Positions 10,386 through 20,500 are shown, numbered from the stretch's first letter. The stretch: 64,000 nt of DNA from a bacterium (GCA_965219955.1 OZ244799.1:1120001-1184000); one strand, 5' to 3'. Numbers and translations are program-made. Notes: generated by a model from the letters alone, not told the origin.

Positions 10386-11288
10386 ATGGTCGAGTGGATA
10401 TCATCATGGGGCAGTCCCGAGTTTCTCGCCGTGGCGACCTCGTTCAGCTATTCCATCACACTCATTTCGGTGCGCCGGGCGATGACGACCGGGAGCCCCC
10501 TGATGAGCATCATCGTCCTGAATTCGCTGGTGAGCATCGCGGGGCTGGCGACCGCATGGGTGCTCGGCACCCTGGCGTCCACCAATATGCGCGCGCTCGG
10601 CTGGTTCGCGCTCACGGGCATGGCCGGCCACGGAACGGGGAGCCTCATCTTCTTCTCGGCCATCGAACGCCTGGGCGTGAGCCGGGCCACGGCGATCCAT
10701 GCCTCCTCACCTCTGTGGGGCGTGCTCCTGGCGATCATCATCCTGGGCGAGGCGCCGGGCGTCTATGTGCTGCTGGGGACGCTCGGGATCGTGGGAGGCG
10801 TCTTTCTGCTCTCCTGGCCGGAGAGAAAGCGCGCGGGAGGCGGGTCTCAAAACTACAGCCGGCAGGACTACCTCCTGCCGATTTCCTCGTCCGTGTGCTA
10901 TGCGGCGGTGCCCGTGTTCGCCAAGCTGGGCCTGGCGGAGCACGAGGCGCCCTACCTGGGATTCGGCGTGGCGTTCGGCTCGGGCCTTTTGCTCATGCTG
11001 GCGGCGAGGCGCATGATGCCGGGCGGCGGTGTGATAAGAGGGAATGCGCAGACCCTCCGCGCCCTCCTGGTGGGGCTTCCGTTCAACATCATCGCCGCTT
11101 ATCTGATGTGGACGGCGTTCGTGGCGGGGATGGTGTCGAGCGTTTTGCCGCTGAGCCGGATGACGCCCCTGTGGGTCATTTTGTTCAGCTTCCTGTTTCT
11201 GGGCAAGATAGAACGCGTTGTGCTCAAAACGGTGGTCGCGGCGTGCCTCGTCGTGGCCGGCGGGGTGATGATCACCCTGTTCCGCTAG
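10386..11288 (+). CDS. EamA/DMT family transporter (paralogue 1)
   Basis: About 10 hydrophobic segments in two EamA repeats: AIERLGVSRA...SPLW...LGE and VLPLSRMTPLW...ERV. Confidence 0.88.
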   Translation: MVEWISSWGSPEFLAVATSFSYSITLISVRRAMTTGSPLMSIIVLNSLVSIAGLATAWVLGTLASTNMRALGWFALTGMAGHGTGSLIFFSAIERLGVSRATAIHASSPLWGVLLAIIILGEAPGVYVLLGTLGIVGGVFLLSWPERKRAGGGSQNYSRQDYLLPISSSVCYAAVPVFAKLGLAEHEAPYLGFGVAFGSGLLLMLAARRMMPGGGVIRGNAQTLRALLVGLPFNIIAAYLMWTAFVAGMVSSVLPLSRMTPLWVILFSFLFLGKIERVVLKTVVAACLVVAGGVMITLFR

Positions 11289-11339
11289 GCGCCCCGGCTG
11301 CGGGGCGATGCGTATCATCGAGGAGCAGTCAGTCATAAT

Positions 11340-12239
11340 ATGTCGGGTCTTTTCGCACAGGCAGGCTTGGGGGAATTGCTGGCGGTAGGAGCGTCGCTTT
11401 GCTATTCGACGTCGCTCATCGCCATCCGCCAGGGGGTGCGCAGCGCGACGCCGATAGCGGGCGTGCTGATATTGAGTTCGACCGTCTCGGTCCTGGGGCT
11501 CATCATCGCGGCCGCCCGCGGCACGCTCCAGGAATCCATGCTCACGCCCGTCTTGATCTTCATGCTCGGCGGCTGCCTGGGGCAGGGCGTGGGGCAGCTC
11601 ACGAACGCCATCGGCATCGAGAGGATGGGCGTGAGCCGCTCCGTGCCGATTCAATCGTCCACCCCCATCTTCTCGGTCACCTTCGCGATGATGTTTCTCG
11701 GCGAGCGGCCCGGTGTCGGCGTGGCGATGGGGACGGTTCTGATCGTGGCGGGCGTCTGCCTGCTCTCGCTGGGCGAGCGGCGCGCGGACCAGAGTTTCAA
11801 GAGCTTCTTTCAGGGCGGGCTGGTCTATCCGCTCACCTCATCGCTCTCCTATGCGCTGCTGCCCGTGCTGGCGAACGTCGCCTTCTCCTACCAGAAAACC
11901 CCCATCCTGGGCTTCGCCTGCGCCTTCACCGCCGGTACGCTTCTGCTGGCGGTAACGCGCCCCCTGCTGCCCGGCGGCGGCAAGCTCGAAGCCGACAGGA
12001 GGGCCGTCTACCTCTTTCTCGGCGCAGGCGTCACCACCACGCTCGCGGCCATCATGTTCTGGACGGCGATGAGCATCGCGCCCGTCTCGACCGTGCTGCC
12101 GCTGAGCAGGCTCGTGCCCCTGTGGGTGGTGCTGTGGACCTATCTCTTCCTGGGCGGGCTCGAGCGCATCACCTCGCGCATCGTCCTGGCGGCGGGGATG
12201 GTCGTGGCGGGCGGCGTGCTGATCACCGCCTTCAAGTAG
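11340..12239 (+). CDS. EamA/DMT family transporter (paralogue 2)
   Basis: GIERMGVSRS...TPIF...LGERP and VLPLSRLVPLW...ERI. Clearly similar to its neighbours. Confidence 0.9.
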   Translation: MSGLFAQAGLGELLAVGASLCYSTSLIAIRQGVRSATPIAGVLILSSTVSVLGLIIAAARGTLQESMLTPVLIFMLGGCLGQGVGQLTNAIGIERMGVSRSVPIQSSTPIFSVTFAMMFLGERPGVGVAMGTVLIVAGVCLLSLGERRADQSFKSFFQGGLVYPLTSSLSYALLPVLANVAFSYQKTPILGFACAFTAGTLLLAVTRPLLPGGGKLEADRRAVYLFLGAGVTTTLAAIMFWTAMSIAPVSTVLPLSRLVPLWVVLWTYLFLGGLERITSRIVLAAGMVVAGGVLITAFK

Positions 12240-12258
12240 ACGCCTGCGCGTGGCAAAA

Positions 12259-13084
12259 AATAATTGCGAATGCCCCGGGAAAACCTCTCGATTTCCCGGC
12301 CTTTTTCGTCCGGTTCACGGGAACGGGAGGCGGCGCCGGCGTTGACTGCGCTCTGTTTGACGCTCTTTCCCGGCTGAAGGACAATGACCCGCGTCGCATA
12401 AAGCCATCGTGAGGCGGACGGAGCCATGAAGACCCTTTTTCTGCTGCGGCATGCCAAGTCGAGCTGGTCGGAGCCGGGGTTGGCCGATTTCGATCGCCCC
12501 CTGAACGAACGCGGCCGCCGCGCGGCGCCGCTTGTCGCCCGGCATCTTGCGCGTGGCGGCCCCTTGCCCGACCTCATCCTGTGCTCGGCCGCCCGGCGCA
12601 CCCGCGAGACCCTGGCCCTGATGCTGCCCGGCCTGGCGCGCGACGCCGTCGTGCGCATCGAGAGCGGCCTCTACGGAGCGGACGCGGCAACCCTGCTGGG
12701 ACGCCTCAAGCGCATCGAAGCCGCCGTTGATTGCGTCCTGCTCATCGCCCACAACCCGGGGCTCGAAGACCTCGCCGCCGGGATTTGCGGCGGCGGACCA
12801 GAGCCGGTGCGCCGGCGTATGGACGAAAAATTCCCGACCGCCGCCCTGGCCGCGTTCGCGCTCGACGCGGCGCGCTGGTCCTCGCTGCGCGAGGGGGCGG
12901 CGGTTCTTACCGGCTTCGTCCTGCCGAAAGACCTCGCCTAGGCCCGCCGGAAACCGCGTGCGGCGCGGTACCGCTTCCGGACCGGGCCGAGGGTTTCATT
13001 GGCCGGAAACGCCCCCCGAAAAGTTGTTTTCAGGCGAAAACGGCCGGAAAACCGAGAGGTTTTCCCGGGGCATTCGCAATTATT
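12259..13084. mobile_element. Segment bounded by 50-bp inverted repeats and carrying the sixA-like gene
   Basis: 12259-12308 matches the reverse complement of 13035-13084 at 47/50 positions. The outer 32 bp are perfect (AATAATTGCGAATGCCCCGGGAAAACCTCTCG). No transposase inside and no clear target-site duplication. Confidence 0.55.
12426..12941 (+). CDS. SixA-like phosphohistidine phosphatase
   Basis: LLRHAKS, DFDRPLNERG, SAARRTRET, IAHNPG and KFPTA. Confidence 0.92.
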   Translation: MKTLFLLRHAKSSWSEPGLADFDRPLNERGRRAAPLVARHLARGGPLPDLILCSAARRTRETLALMLPGLARDAVVRIESGLYGADAATLLGRLKRIEAAVDCVLLIAHNPGLEDLAAGICGGGPEPVRRRMDEKFPTAALAAFALDAARWSSLREGAAVLTGFVLPKDLA

Positions 13085-13147
13085 CTTGTTTCACCACAAC
13101 GCCCGCTCTTCTCGCTTAACTATTCCGGTGCGTGTATAGTCGCGCGC

Positions 13148-14053
13148 ATGAACGCGCAACCTCCTTTTTTCATGTCGGGCGAAATCCTCGCCCTCGCATC
13201 TTCGTTCATCTACTCGGGGGCGCTCATCTCCTTCCGCCGGGGATTGAGGAATGCCTCTCCCATCACGGGCGTGCTCATCACGAACGCCGTGGCGAGTATC
13301 TTGCTCCTGAGCATCGCCTTTTCCCTGGGTACGCTGCAGACCTCTTCGCTCAAGCCCGTGTTGTGGTTCATGCTGGCGGGCTGTCTGGGGCAGGGGATGG
13401 GTCACTTGGCTTCCTACACCGCCATTCAGCGCATCGGCGCGAGCCGGACGAGTCCGGTGCAGGCATCGGCGCCGATATGGGCGGTTTTCTTCGCCGCGTT
13501 CTTTCTGGGGGAAGAGCCGGGCGTGGCGGTGGTTCTCGGCACGCTCTCCATCGTCGGCGGCGTGGCGCTCATCTCGATGGGCGAGGGCAAGGCCGTCGAA
13601 AAGGGCGGCATGGGGCCCGAATTCCGCCGCGCGCTCATCTTCCCCGTCTTCGCCTCGTTCATGTACGCCGCCATGCCGGTGATTGCGAAAATCGGCTACG
13701 CCGAGCAGAGAACGCCCTTCGCGGCGGTGGGCTTCGCCTTTCTGGCGGGTTTCCTCTTCCTGCTGGTGGCGAAGCCGTTTCTGGGCGCGAGCGGCAAGAT
13801 ACGGGCGGACCGGCGCGACGTTAGCTGGATACTGCTGGGCTCGGTGTTCTCCGCCACCGCCACGGGGCTTTTGTGGTTCACGCTCACGTTTTCGGACGTC
13901 ACCGTCGTCTTGCCCCTGAGCCGCACCGCCCCGATATGGGTGGTGCTCCTGAGCCTCGTCTTCATGGGCGACATGGAGCGCGTGAACGCGCGCCTTTTCG
14001 GCGCGGCGGGACTGGTCGTCCTGGGGGGATTCCTGATCACGAGTTTCCGGTGA
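13148..14053 (+). CDS. EamA/DMT family transporter (paralogue 3)
   Basis: AIQRIGASRT...APIW...LGEEP and VLPLSRTAPIW...ERV. Start moved to ATG 13148. Confidence 0.9.
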   Translation: MNAQPPFFMSGEILALASSFIYSGALISFRRGLRNASPITGVLITNAVASILLLSIAFSLGTLQTSSLKPVLWFMLAGCLGQGMGHLASYTAIQRIGASRTSPVQASAPIWAVFFAAFFLGEEPGVAVVLGTLSIVGGVALISMGEGKAVEKGGMGPEFRRALIFPVFASFMYAAMPVIAKIGYAEQRTPFAAVGFAFLAGFLFLLVAKPFLGASGKIRADRRDVSWILLGSVFSATATGLLWFTLTFSDVTVVLPLSRTAPIWVVLLSLVFMGDMERVNARLFGAAGLVVLGGFLITSFR

Positions 14054-14265
14054 GGGGATTCAGAAAAGATAATTGAATGTCACAGAATGGCGTAGGGGCG
14101 GCTCGCGAGCCGCCCTGTTGTGATTCTGGTGGAATTATCCGCAAGAGCGAGAGAGAATGCCCTGTATATATTGCACAAAAGATGTATTTACAGATAGTTG
14201 ATGTTATTAAATGAAGTAACACTTTAATGAAAATACTTGGAATCCCTGATAGGTTTGTGTTACCT

Positions 14266-17001
14266 CTACCGTTTCCTCGGCTTCCTCACCCGCACGGCGC
14301 AGAACTTGAACTCGGGGATTTTCCCGTAGGGGTCCAAGTCGTCCACCGTGAGCAGGTTCGCGGCGGCCTCGACGTAGTGGAACGGGATGAAGACCTGCCC
14401 GGGCCGCACCCGCGAAGAAGCCCGGGCGGGGAGGGTGATCTCCCCCCGTCTCGATTCCACCAGAACGTCCGAATCGTCTCTGATCTTCAGGCGTTTCAGG
14501 TCTTCGGGCGACATCTCGACATAAGGCCCCGGTTCCGCGGCCTCCAGCGCCTGCGCCCTTCTGGTGATGGCCCCGGTGTGCCAGTGGTAGATGTTCCGCC
14601 CCGTGTTGAGCACGAAGGGGTAGTCGTCGTCCGGCATCTCCCTGGCGGGCGCGTACTGGACGGGAATGAGCTTGCCGGGTCCTGAGGGAAACGATTTGTC
14701 GAAGAGGATTTCCCTGCCCTTGTGATTGGGCCTTGTGCACGGCCAGACGAGTCCGTGACGCCCCAGCCGGTCGTAGGACATCCCCGCCATGAAGGGCGTC
14801 AAGGATGCGATTTCATCGAAAATTTCAGATTCCGACCCATATTCCATCGGGTATCCGAGGCGTTCCGAGAGTTCGGCCACGATGCGCCAGTCCTCGCGCG
14901 CCTCGCCGGGCGGATCGATGGCGCGTCTGCCGATCTGGACTCTGCGGTCGGTGTTCGTATAGGTGCCCGTTTTTTCGAAAAAAGCCGTGGAGGGGAGGAC
15001 GACGTCCGCGAAATAGGCGGTTTCCGTCAGAAAAATGTCCTGGACGACGAGGAATTCGAGGTTCGCCAGCGCGCCGCGCGAGTGGTTGAGATTGGGGTCG
15101 CTCATGGCCGGGTTCTCGCCCATGATGTACATGCCCCTTATCTCGCCCCGGTTGGCGGCGTCGGCGATCTCCATCACGGTGAGGCCGGGCTCGGGGTCGA
15201 GCTTGCGGCCCCAGGCCTTTTCGAATTTCCTGCGTATCGCGGGCGAGGCGACGTCCTGATAGGCGGAATAGACCATCGGGATGAGGCCCACGTCCGACGC
15301 GCCCTGCACGTTGTTCTGCCCGCGCAGGGGGTGGAGTCCCGTTCCCTCCCGCCCGATCTGCCCGCAGATGAGGCAAAGCGCGATGAGCGCGCGGCAGTTG
15401 TCCGTGCCGTGGGTGTGCTGGGAGAGGCCCATGCCCCAGAAGGTCATGCTGCGCGCGGAGGTCGCGTACCCCCTGGCCAGTTCCCGGAGCGTTTCGGCGG
15501 GGACGCCGGTGAGTTTGGCGACGTTCTCAGGCGTGTAGGGCTTTACGTTTTCCGCGAGTTCGGGGAATCCCTCGGTGCGCGCGGCGATGAAGTCGGCGTC
15601 GTAGAGTTTCTCCTCGATCACCACGTTCAACAGCCCGTTGAACAGCGCCACGTCCGTGCCGGGGCGGAACTGAACGAACATGTCCGCGTGGTCGACCAGG
15701 TCGATTCTCCTCGGGTCGACCACGGCCAGCGTGGCGCCAGCGCTTGCGGCCTGCTTGATGAAGGTGGCCGCCACGGGGTGGTTTTCCGTGGCGTTGGCCC
15801 CCGCCACGAGGATGAAATCGGCTTTGAGGGCATCCGAGAAGGGGTTGCTCACCGCGCTCGAGCCGATGGTCTGGAACAGGGCGGCCACCGAGCTCGAGTG
15901 GCAGAGCCGCGTGCAGTGGTCCACGTTGTTCGTCCCGAATACGGCGCGGATGAGCTTCTGGAAGAGGTAGTTGTCTTCGTTCGAGCATTTGGCCGAACCG
16001 AAGCCGGCCATGCTCGAGGGGCCGTGGGCCTCGTGGATTTTCCCCAGCGAGGCCGCCGCCAGGTCCATGGCTTCCTCCCAACTCGCCTCGCGGAACAGGG
16101 AGAGCGGCTCTCCGGGCAGTTCCCTCGTCTTGGGCGCGCCTTCCTTGCGGATGAGGGGGGTCGTGAGGCGATCCGGATGGTGGGCGTAGTCGAACCCGTA
16201 GCGCCCCTTCACGCAGAGCCTCCCCTGGTTCACGGGACTCGTCTCGTCCCCCCGGACGCTCAGGAGGGTATTGCCGGCCACCTGGTAGGAGATGGAGCAG
16301 CCCACGCCGCAGTAGGGGCAGACGGAATCCACCTCTCTGGGCTTGCCGGGGGCGATTTGCAGCGTGAGAGATTTATTGGTGAGCGCGTCCGTGGGGCAGG
16401 CGGCCATGCACTCCCCGCACGAGACGCACGTGGATTCGCCCATGGGGAGGTCCGCGTCGAACACGATTTTCGCGCTCGAACCCTTGCCGCCCCGCCCGAT
16501 GACGTTGTTGCCCTGAACGTCCGTGCAGGCGCGGATGCAGCGGTCGCACAGGATGCACGCGCTGTGATCCACGGCGATGACGGCGGATGAGAAATCCTGC
16601 GCCCGCTCCGTATCCTTGGGCGGCAGGGCGCTTACGCCGTTTTTGGCTTCGAGCTGCCCGGCGAGCGCGGTGAGTTCGCAGTTCACGGATTCGGATTCCG
16701 CGCCGTGGTCCGCCATCAGCATGGCCACCAGCGTTTTCTGGGCGCGCGCGACGCGCTCGCTGGCCGTTTGGATCACCATGCCGGGCTCGACCTTCCGGTG
16801 GCAGGAGGGAACGAGCGTCCGCGCGCCCTCGACCTCGACGGCGCACACGCGGCACACGCCCACGGGCTCCATGCCGGGCTGGTGGCAGAGCCTGGGGATC
16901 TCGACGCCCGTCGACTGCGCCGCCTCCCAGATGGTCGCGCCGGCCCCGGCCTTTATCTTTCGGCCGTCGATGGTGATGGCGATCGTCTTGTCGTCAGGCA
17001 T
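14266..17001 (-). CDS. fdhF: Formate dehydrogenase alpha subunit (FdhF/FdsA-type, Mo/W-bisPGD, Cys ligand)
   Basis: N-terminal [2Fe-2S] domain, 2x[4Fe-4S] (CILCDRC, CVSCGEC), CPYCGVGC, LCVKGRYG, DHCTRLCHSSS, LRGQNNVQG and C-terminal KIPEFK. Confidence 0.93.
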   Translation of the reverse strand: MPDDKTIAITIDGRKIKAGAGATIWEAAQSTGVEIPRLCHQPGMEPVGVCRVCAVEVEGARTLVPSCHRKVEPGMVIQTASERVARAQKTLVAMLMADHGAESESVNCELTALAGQLEAKNGVSALPPKDTERAQDFSSAVIAVDHSACILCDRCIRACTDVQGNNVIGRGGKGSSAKIVFDADLPMGESTCVSCGECMAACPTDALTNKSLTLQIAPGKPREVDSVCPYCGVGCSISYQVAGNTLLSVRGDETSPVNQGRLCVKGRYGFDYAHHPDRLTTPLIRKEGAPKTRELPGEPLSLFREASWEEAMDLAAASLGKIHEAHGPSSMAGFGSAKCSNEDNYLFQKLIRAVFGTNNVDHCTRLCHSSSVAALFQTIGSSAVSNPFSDALKADFILVAGANATENHPVAATFIKQAASAGATLAVVDPRRIDLVDHADMFVQFRPGTDVALFNGLLNVVIEEKLYDADFIAARTEGFPELAENVKPYTPENVAKLTGVPAETLRELARGYATSARSMTFWGMGLSQHTHGTDNCRALIALCLICGQIGREGTGLHPLRGQNNVQGASDVGLIPMVYSAYQDVASPAIRRKFEKAWGRKLDPEPGLTVMEIADAANRGEIRGMYIMGENPAMSDPNLNHSRGALANLEFLVVQDIFLTETAYFADVVLPSTAFFEKTGTYTNTDRRVQIGRRAIDPPGEAREDWRIVAELSERLGYPMEYGSESEIFDEIASLTPFMAGMSYDRLGRHGLVWPCTRPNHKGREILFDKSFPSGPGKLIPVQYAPAREMPDDDYPFVLNTGRNIYHWHTGAITRRAQALEAAEPGPYVEMSPEDLKRLKIRDDSDVLVESRRGEITLPARASSRVRPGQVFIPFHYVEAAANLLTVDDLDPYGKIPEFKFCAVRVRKPRKR

Positions 17002-17016
17002 TGTTCAGCCCCGCCG

Positions 17017-18666
17017 TCATTTCAGTCTCGTTTCGATATCCGACTCGAAGTATTCGAAAAGCGAGAGATACGGAATCGGCGCGGCCTGGCCCAGGCCGCA
17101 GATGGATGTGTCCTTCATGGCCTCGCATATCTCGCGCATGGCGGGCAGCTCAGAGGCCAGCGCCTCGCCGCTTAAGGCCCGCTCCAGAAAGGCGGTGAGC
17201 TTCTCCGTCCCCAGGCGGCAGGGCACGCACTTGCCGCAGGATTCGTCCCTGAAAAAGCGCACCACGTTGTGGGCGAGCGCCACCATGTCCACCCCCTCGG
17301 GGATGACGACGAGCGCCCCGCTGCCCAGCATGCTGCCCGCCTCCTGCAGGGAGTCGAAGTCGTATGGAATGTCGACGAGGCTCGCGGGCAGAAACCCGCT
17401 GCTGGCCCCGCCGGGCGAGAACGCCTTCAGGTGCGCGCCAGCAGTCAGGCCGCCCGCGGGGCCTTCTATAATCTCCCGGATCGGCGTTCCGAACTCCACC
17501 TCGTAGACCCCCGGTTTCCTGACCGCGCCGCTCACGCCCACCACCTTGAAGCCTTGGCTCCCGTTCCGCCCGAAGGAGGTGAACCATTCCGCTCCTTTCT
17601 TGAGCACCGCCGGGATGAGCGCGAAGGTCTCGACGTTGTTGATGAGGGTGGGCTTGCCGAAAAGACCCGCCGTGCCTGGGAAGGGGGGCTTGTCGCGGGG
17701 CTGGGCGCGCTTGTCCTCCAGGACTTCCAGGAGCGCCGTCTCCTCCCCGCAGATGTACCCGCCGGGACTCGTAAAGATTTCGAGGCTCGGTGTTGTTTTC
17801 GTGTCGATCAAGCGCGCCTTGCGCGCGCGCTCGATGGCGCGTCCCAGCTTTCTCGCCTGCGCGCCGTATTCATGGCGTATGTAGATGATGGCGCGCCCGG
17901 CCCCCACGGCCCGGCAGGCGATGAGTATTCCCTCGACGACGAGCTCGGGGTGCGAGTCCATGATGGCGCGGTCCTTGAACGTGCCCGGCTCGCTCTCATC
18001 GGCGTTGCAGACGACGAATTTCTCTTTGGCCTGCGCGCTCAGGACGAAACGCCACTTGAGCCCTGCCGGAAAGCCGGCCCCGCCCATGCCGCGCAGGCCG
18101 CTCTCCTTCAGGACATCGATGACGCTTTCCGGCTTGTCGTTTTTCATCAACGCTCGCAGGACGCCGAAGGCCCCGTTCCTGCGGTAAGGGTTGATTCGCG
18201 ATGCGTGCCTGAGTTTTTGCGCTCTCGAGGCGGGGCTTGGACGTCCATTTTTCCAGGACGCGATGATGCCCTGAAATTTTTCATCCGTGAGAGAGGAATA
18301 GATGCGGCCTTCTATCTCGGCGGCGGGACCCTTGTCGCACCGGCCCAGGCAGGCGCAGCTTTCGGGGCGGAGGTCCCGGATTCCGGCGCGGCGGGCGAGA
18401 TTATTCGCGTTGTCCAGCAACGCGGCGCCGCCAGCGAGCAGGCAGCTCATGTCCCGGCAGACCTGGACTTTCGGTTTCGGGGGTTTTTCCAGGTGAAAGT
18501 GCGGGAAAAAGCTGGCGATGCCGTAGGAATCGTAGATGGGAACGCCCAGGTCTTTGGAGACCTCGGTGATCGCTTCTTTCGAGAGATAGCCTTCTTCTTT
18601 CTGGCGGGAGAGCAGGGCCTCGATTTTGGCGGGAGACTTGTAGACCGTGGAAGCGTTTTCTGTCAT
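17017..18666 (-). CDS. Fused NuoE/NuoF-like (FdsG-FdsB) NADH-binding subunit of formate dehydrogenase
   Basis: N-terminal CRDMSC...CLGRC [2Fe-2S] motif fused to SGLRGMGGAGFP, NADESEPGTFKDR, YICGEETAL and SCGKCVPC...CGLG. Confidence 0.9.
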   Translation of the reverse strand: MTENASTVYKSPAKIEALLSRQKEEGYLSKEAITEVSKDLGVPIYDSYGIASFFPHFHLEKPPKPKVQVCRDMSCLLAGGAALLDNANNLARRAGIRDLRPESCACLGRCDKGPAAEIEGRIYSSLTDEKFQGIIASWKNGRPSPASRAQKLRHASRINPYRRNGAFGVLRALMKNDKPESVIDVLKESGLRGMGGAGFPAGLKWRFVLSAQAKEKFVVCNADESEPGTFKDRAIMDSHPELVVEGILIACRAVGAGRAIIYIRHEYGAQARKLGRAIERARKARLIDTKTTPSLEIFTSPGGYICGEETALLEVLEDKRAQPRDKPPFPGTAGLFGKPTLINNVETFALIPAVLKKGAEWFTSFGRNGSQGFKVVGVSGAVRKPGVYEVEFGTPIREIIEGPAGGLTAGAHLKAFSPGGASSGFLPASLVDIPYDFDSLQEAGSMLGSGALVVIPEGVDMVALAHNVVRFFRDESCGKCVPCRLGTEKLTAFLERALSGEALASELPAMREICEAMKDTSICGLGQAAPIPYLSLFEYFESDIETRLK

Positions 18667-18767
18667 CGAAATCTCCCCGTGAGCCGCGATGCCTCGTAAG
18701 TCATTCTAAATGTTCGCGCAACGAGGTGTCCAGCAATGCTTTGGCGATGCGTCGGGGAGCGCTGTTC

Positions 18768-19732
18768 GGGGTTGTTGAAAAAGGCCGGTGAGTGAGTGAT
18801 CGACGCGAGGGGGTGTAGGGACAGGTCGCGACCTCGGACAGGCGCAGAAGCCTGTCCGCTACGGCCGATTCGTTCACCAGCGATCCGCGCGAAACCTCCT
18901 CCTCATCCTGAGTAGGCGCGCAAGCGCCGTATCGAAGGATGGAAGACGCTACTTCCTCGGAGGCAAGAATTTCGCCCTTCGACAGGCTCAGGACAGGCCC
19001 CTTCGATACGCGGTTCCGCCGCTACTCAGGGTGAGGAAGGTGGGGGGCGGAGTTTGCCCCGAGCGAAGTCGATGGGCGGCTACCCAGGGTGAGGCGGAGC
19101 GGCGGGTTGCTCAGGGGGTCAAGCGCGAGCGATGAAGGGCTGTTGAAAAACCCTATCCGACCTTCAAGATTGTTCGCCGTAGGGACAGGCCTCCGTGCCT
19201 GTCCCTGTGAAGCGCAACCACGGGGATCGACATATCCGATACGGGCGGCCACGGGGGGCAGGGCGGCCTCTGGGGATCGCCCTGCTACGGGGGCATGCGG
19301 TTTTGTTCGTCATTCCGGCGAAAGCCGGAATCCATTTCCGCCTTTGCCTTTTCGTCCCCTCGTTTCGGACGTCTTTACTTACGGGCGGGGAGGAGCGGAA
19401 TCGAACACAAAAACGAAAGGCGAATTCTCTGGATTCCGCATACGGACGCAGCGCAACAACAAGGTCTTGGCGCACCTCCCGATGAAAAGTCAAAATGGAT
19501 TCCGGCTTTCGCCGGAATGACGGCGGTTCTCCCGCATGGAGGGGCGGTTGAAAAACCCGGAGAGGGAAAATTTGTTTGCGTGTATGTCGGACATGTATGT
19601 CCGACATACATGCGACCCTGATTTTTTTAACCCACTACATGGGCCGCATGTCTGTAGCGCTCCCAAGAAGGGAGCGCTACCTACAAAAACCGCCCCTAAA
19701 ACCCTCGTTCATCAAGACTCTTTCAACAGGCC
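18768..19732. repeat. Large mosaic repeat cluster
   Basis: Three GTTGAAAAA ends (about 18775, 19142, 19547), CTCATCCTGAG doublet at about 18902-19036, GTAG REPs, and a CGTC doublet (19308-19522) whose spacer is closely similar to 49894-50111. Confidence 0.85.
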
Positions 19733-19828
19733 CGCGCCTTGCGCCTGCGGCTTGTGAGTCGCCGGGCTTGTCGAGTACATTGTGGGCCTTCACGCCGGGA
19801 CGTTTCCTGCCGGATCGAGGAGTTCGGT

Positions 19829-20368
19829 TTGACCGCTTTGGTTCGCTCTTTTCATTTCGCCCTTCTGGTGTCGTGGCTCGCCCTCACGCTGGGCGTGTGG
19901 TGGGCCGCGACGAACTCGTTCGAGGCGTTCAACGCGGAGAAGAACCCGGTGGCTTCGAAGCTGTTCGAACCCGCCCCGGAAGCGAAAATCAAGGGCCGCA
20001 TGGCCGCGAGAGAAGTCAACACCCGCATTTTCCGCGCCTGGAACCGCCTGCAACTCATGTTCTGCGTCTTGTTGTTCTGCTTTCTCTGGTGGGCGGGACG
20101 GATGAGCGGCCTGCCGCTCGCGCTGGCCGGGTGTCTCCTCCTCATCGTGGGCGTTCACGTCTTCTGGTTCACGCCGAAAATAGAAGCGCTCGGAAGAATT
20201 CTCACGAGCGCGGAGGTTTTGGGGAATGCGCCGTCCGTGCAGAGTGAATTCGGAAGCTACCACGGGGCGTATGTCATCACGGATATCTTGAAGGCCTGCA
20301 TCCTGTTCGCGGCGATATGGATTTCTCCGTGGCGAAAGATTTTCGGGAGCGAAACGCCGCGCGGGTGA
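19829..20368 (+). CDS. DUF4149-like small membrane protein
   Basis: About 4 hydrophobic segments with FTPKIEAL and FGSYHGAY motifs. GAGGAG RBS before TTG 19829. Confidence 0.65.
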   Translation: MTALVRSFHFALLVSWLALTLGVWWAATNSFEAFNAEKNPVASKLFEPAPEAKIKGRMAAREVNTRIFRAWNRLQLMFCVLLFCFLWWAGRMSGLPLALAGCLLLIVGVHVFWFTPKIEALGRILTSAEVLGNAPSVQSEFGSYHGAYVITDILKACILFAAIWISPWRKIFGSETPRG

Positions 20369-20500
20369 AGGTTTCTCCGCACCCGTTTCTCTCCTTCGCC
20401 TTGCGGGACTACCCATCGGCTGGCAGGATGGTATAAAATGATACTTTTACGCCGCCGCGCTGTCGCTATCAGGTCGCAGTAATGTCGTAGCGACGCCAAT

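Noticed and set aside
12250-12268. Sigma-54 promoter-like TGGCA...TTGC
   Set aside because: GG to GC spacing is 12 nt rather than 10, and the TTGC belongs to the inverted repeat.
15890-15920. Selenocysteine in formate dehydrogenase
   Set aside because: The active-site codon is TGC (RLCH) and the ORF is uninterrupted.
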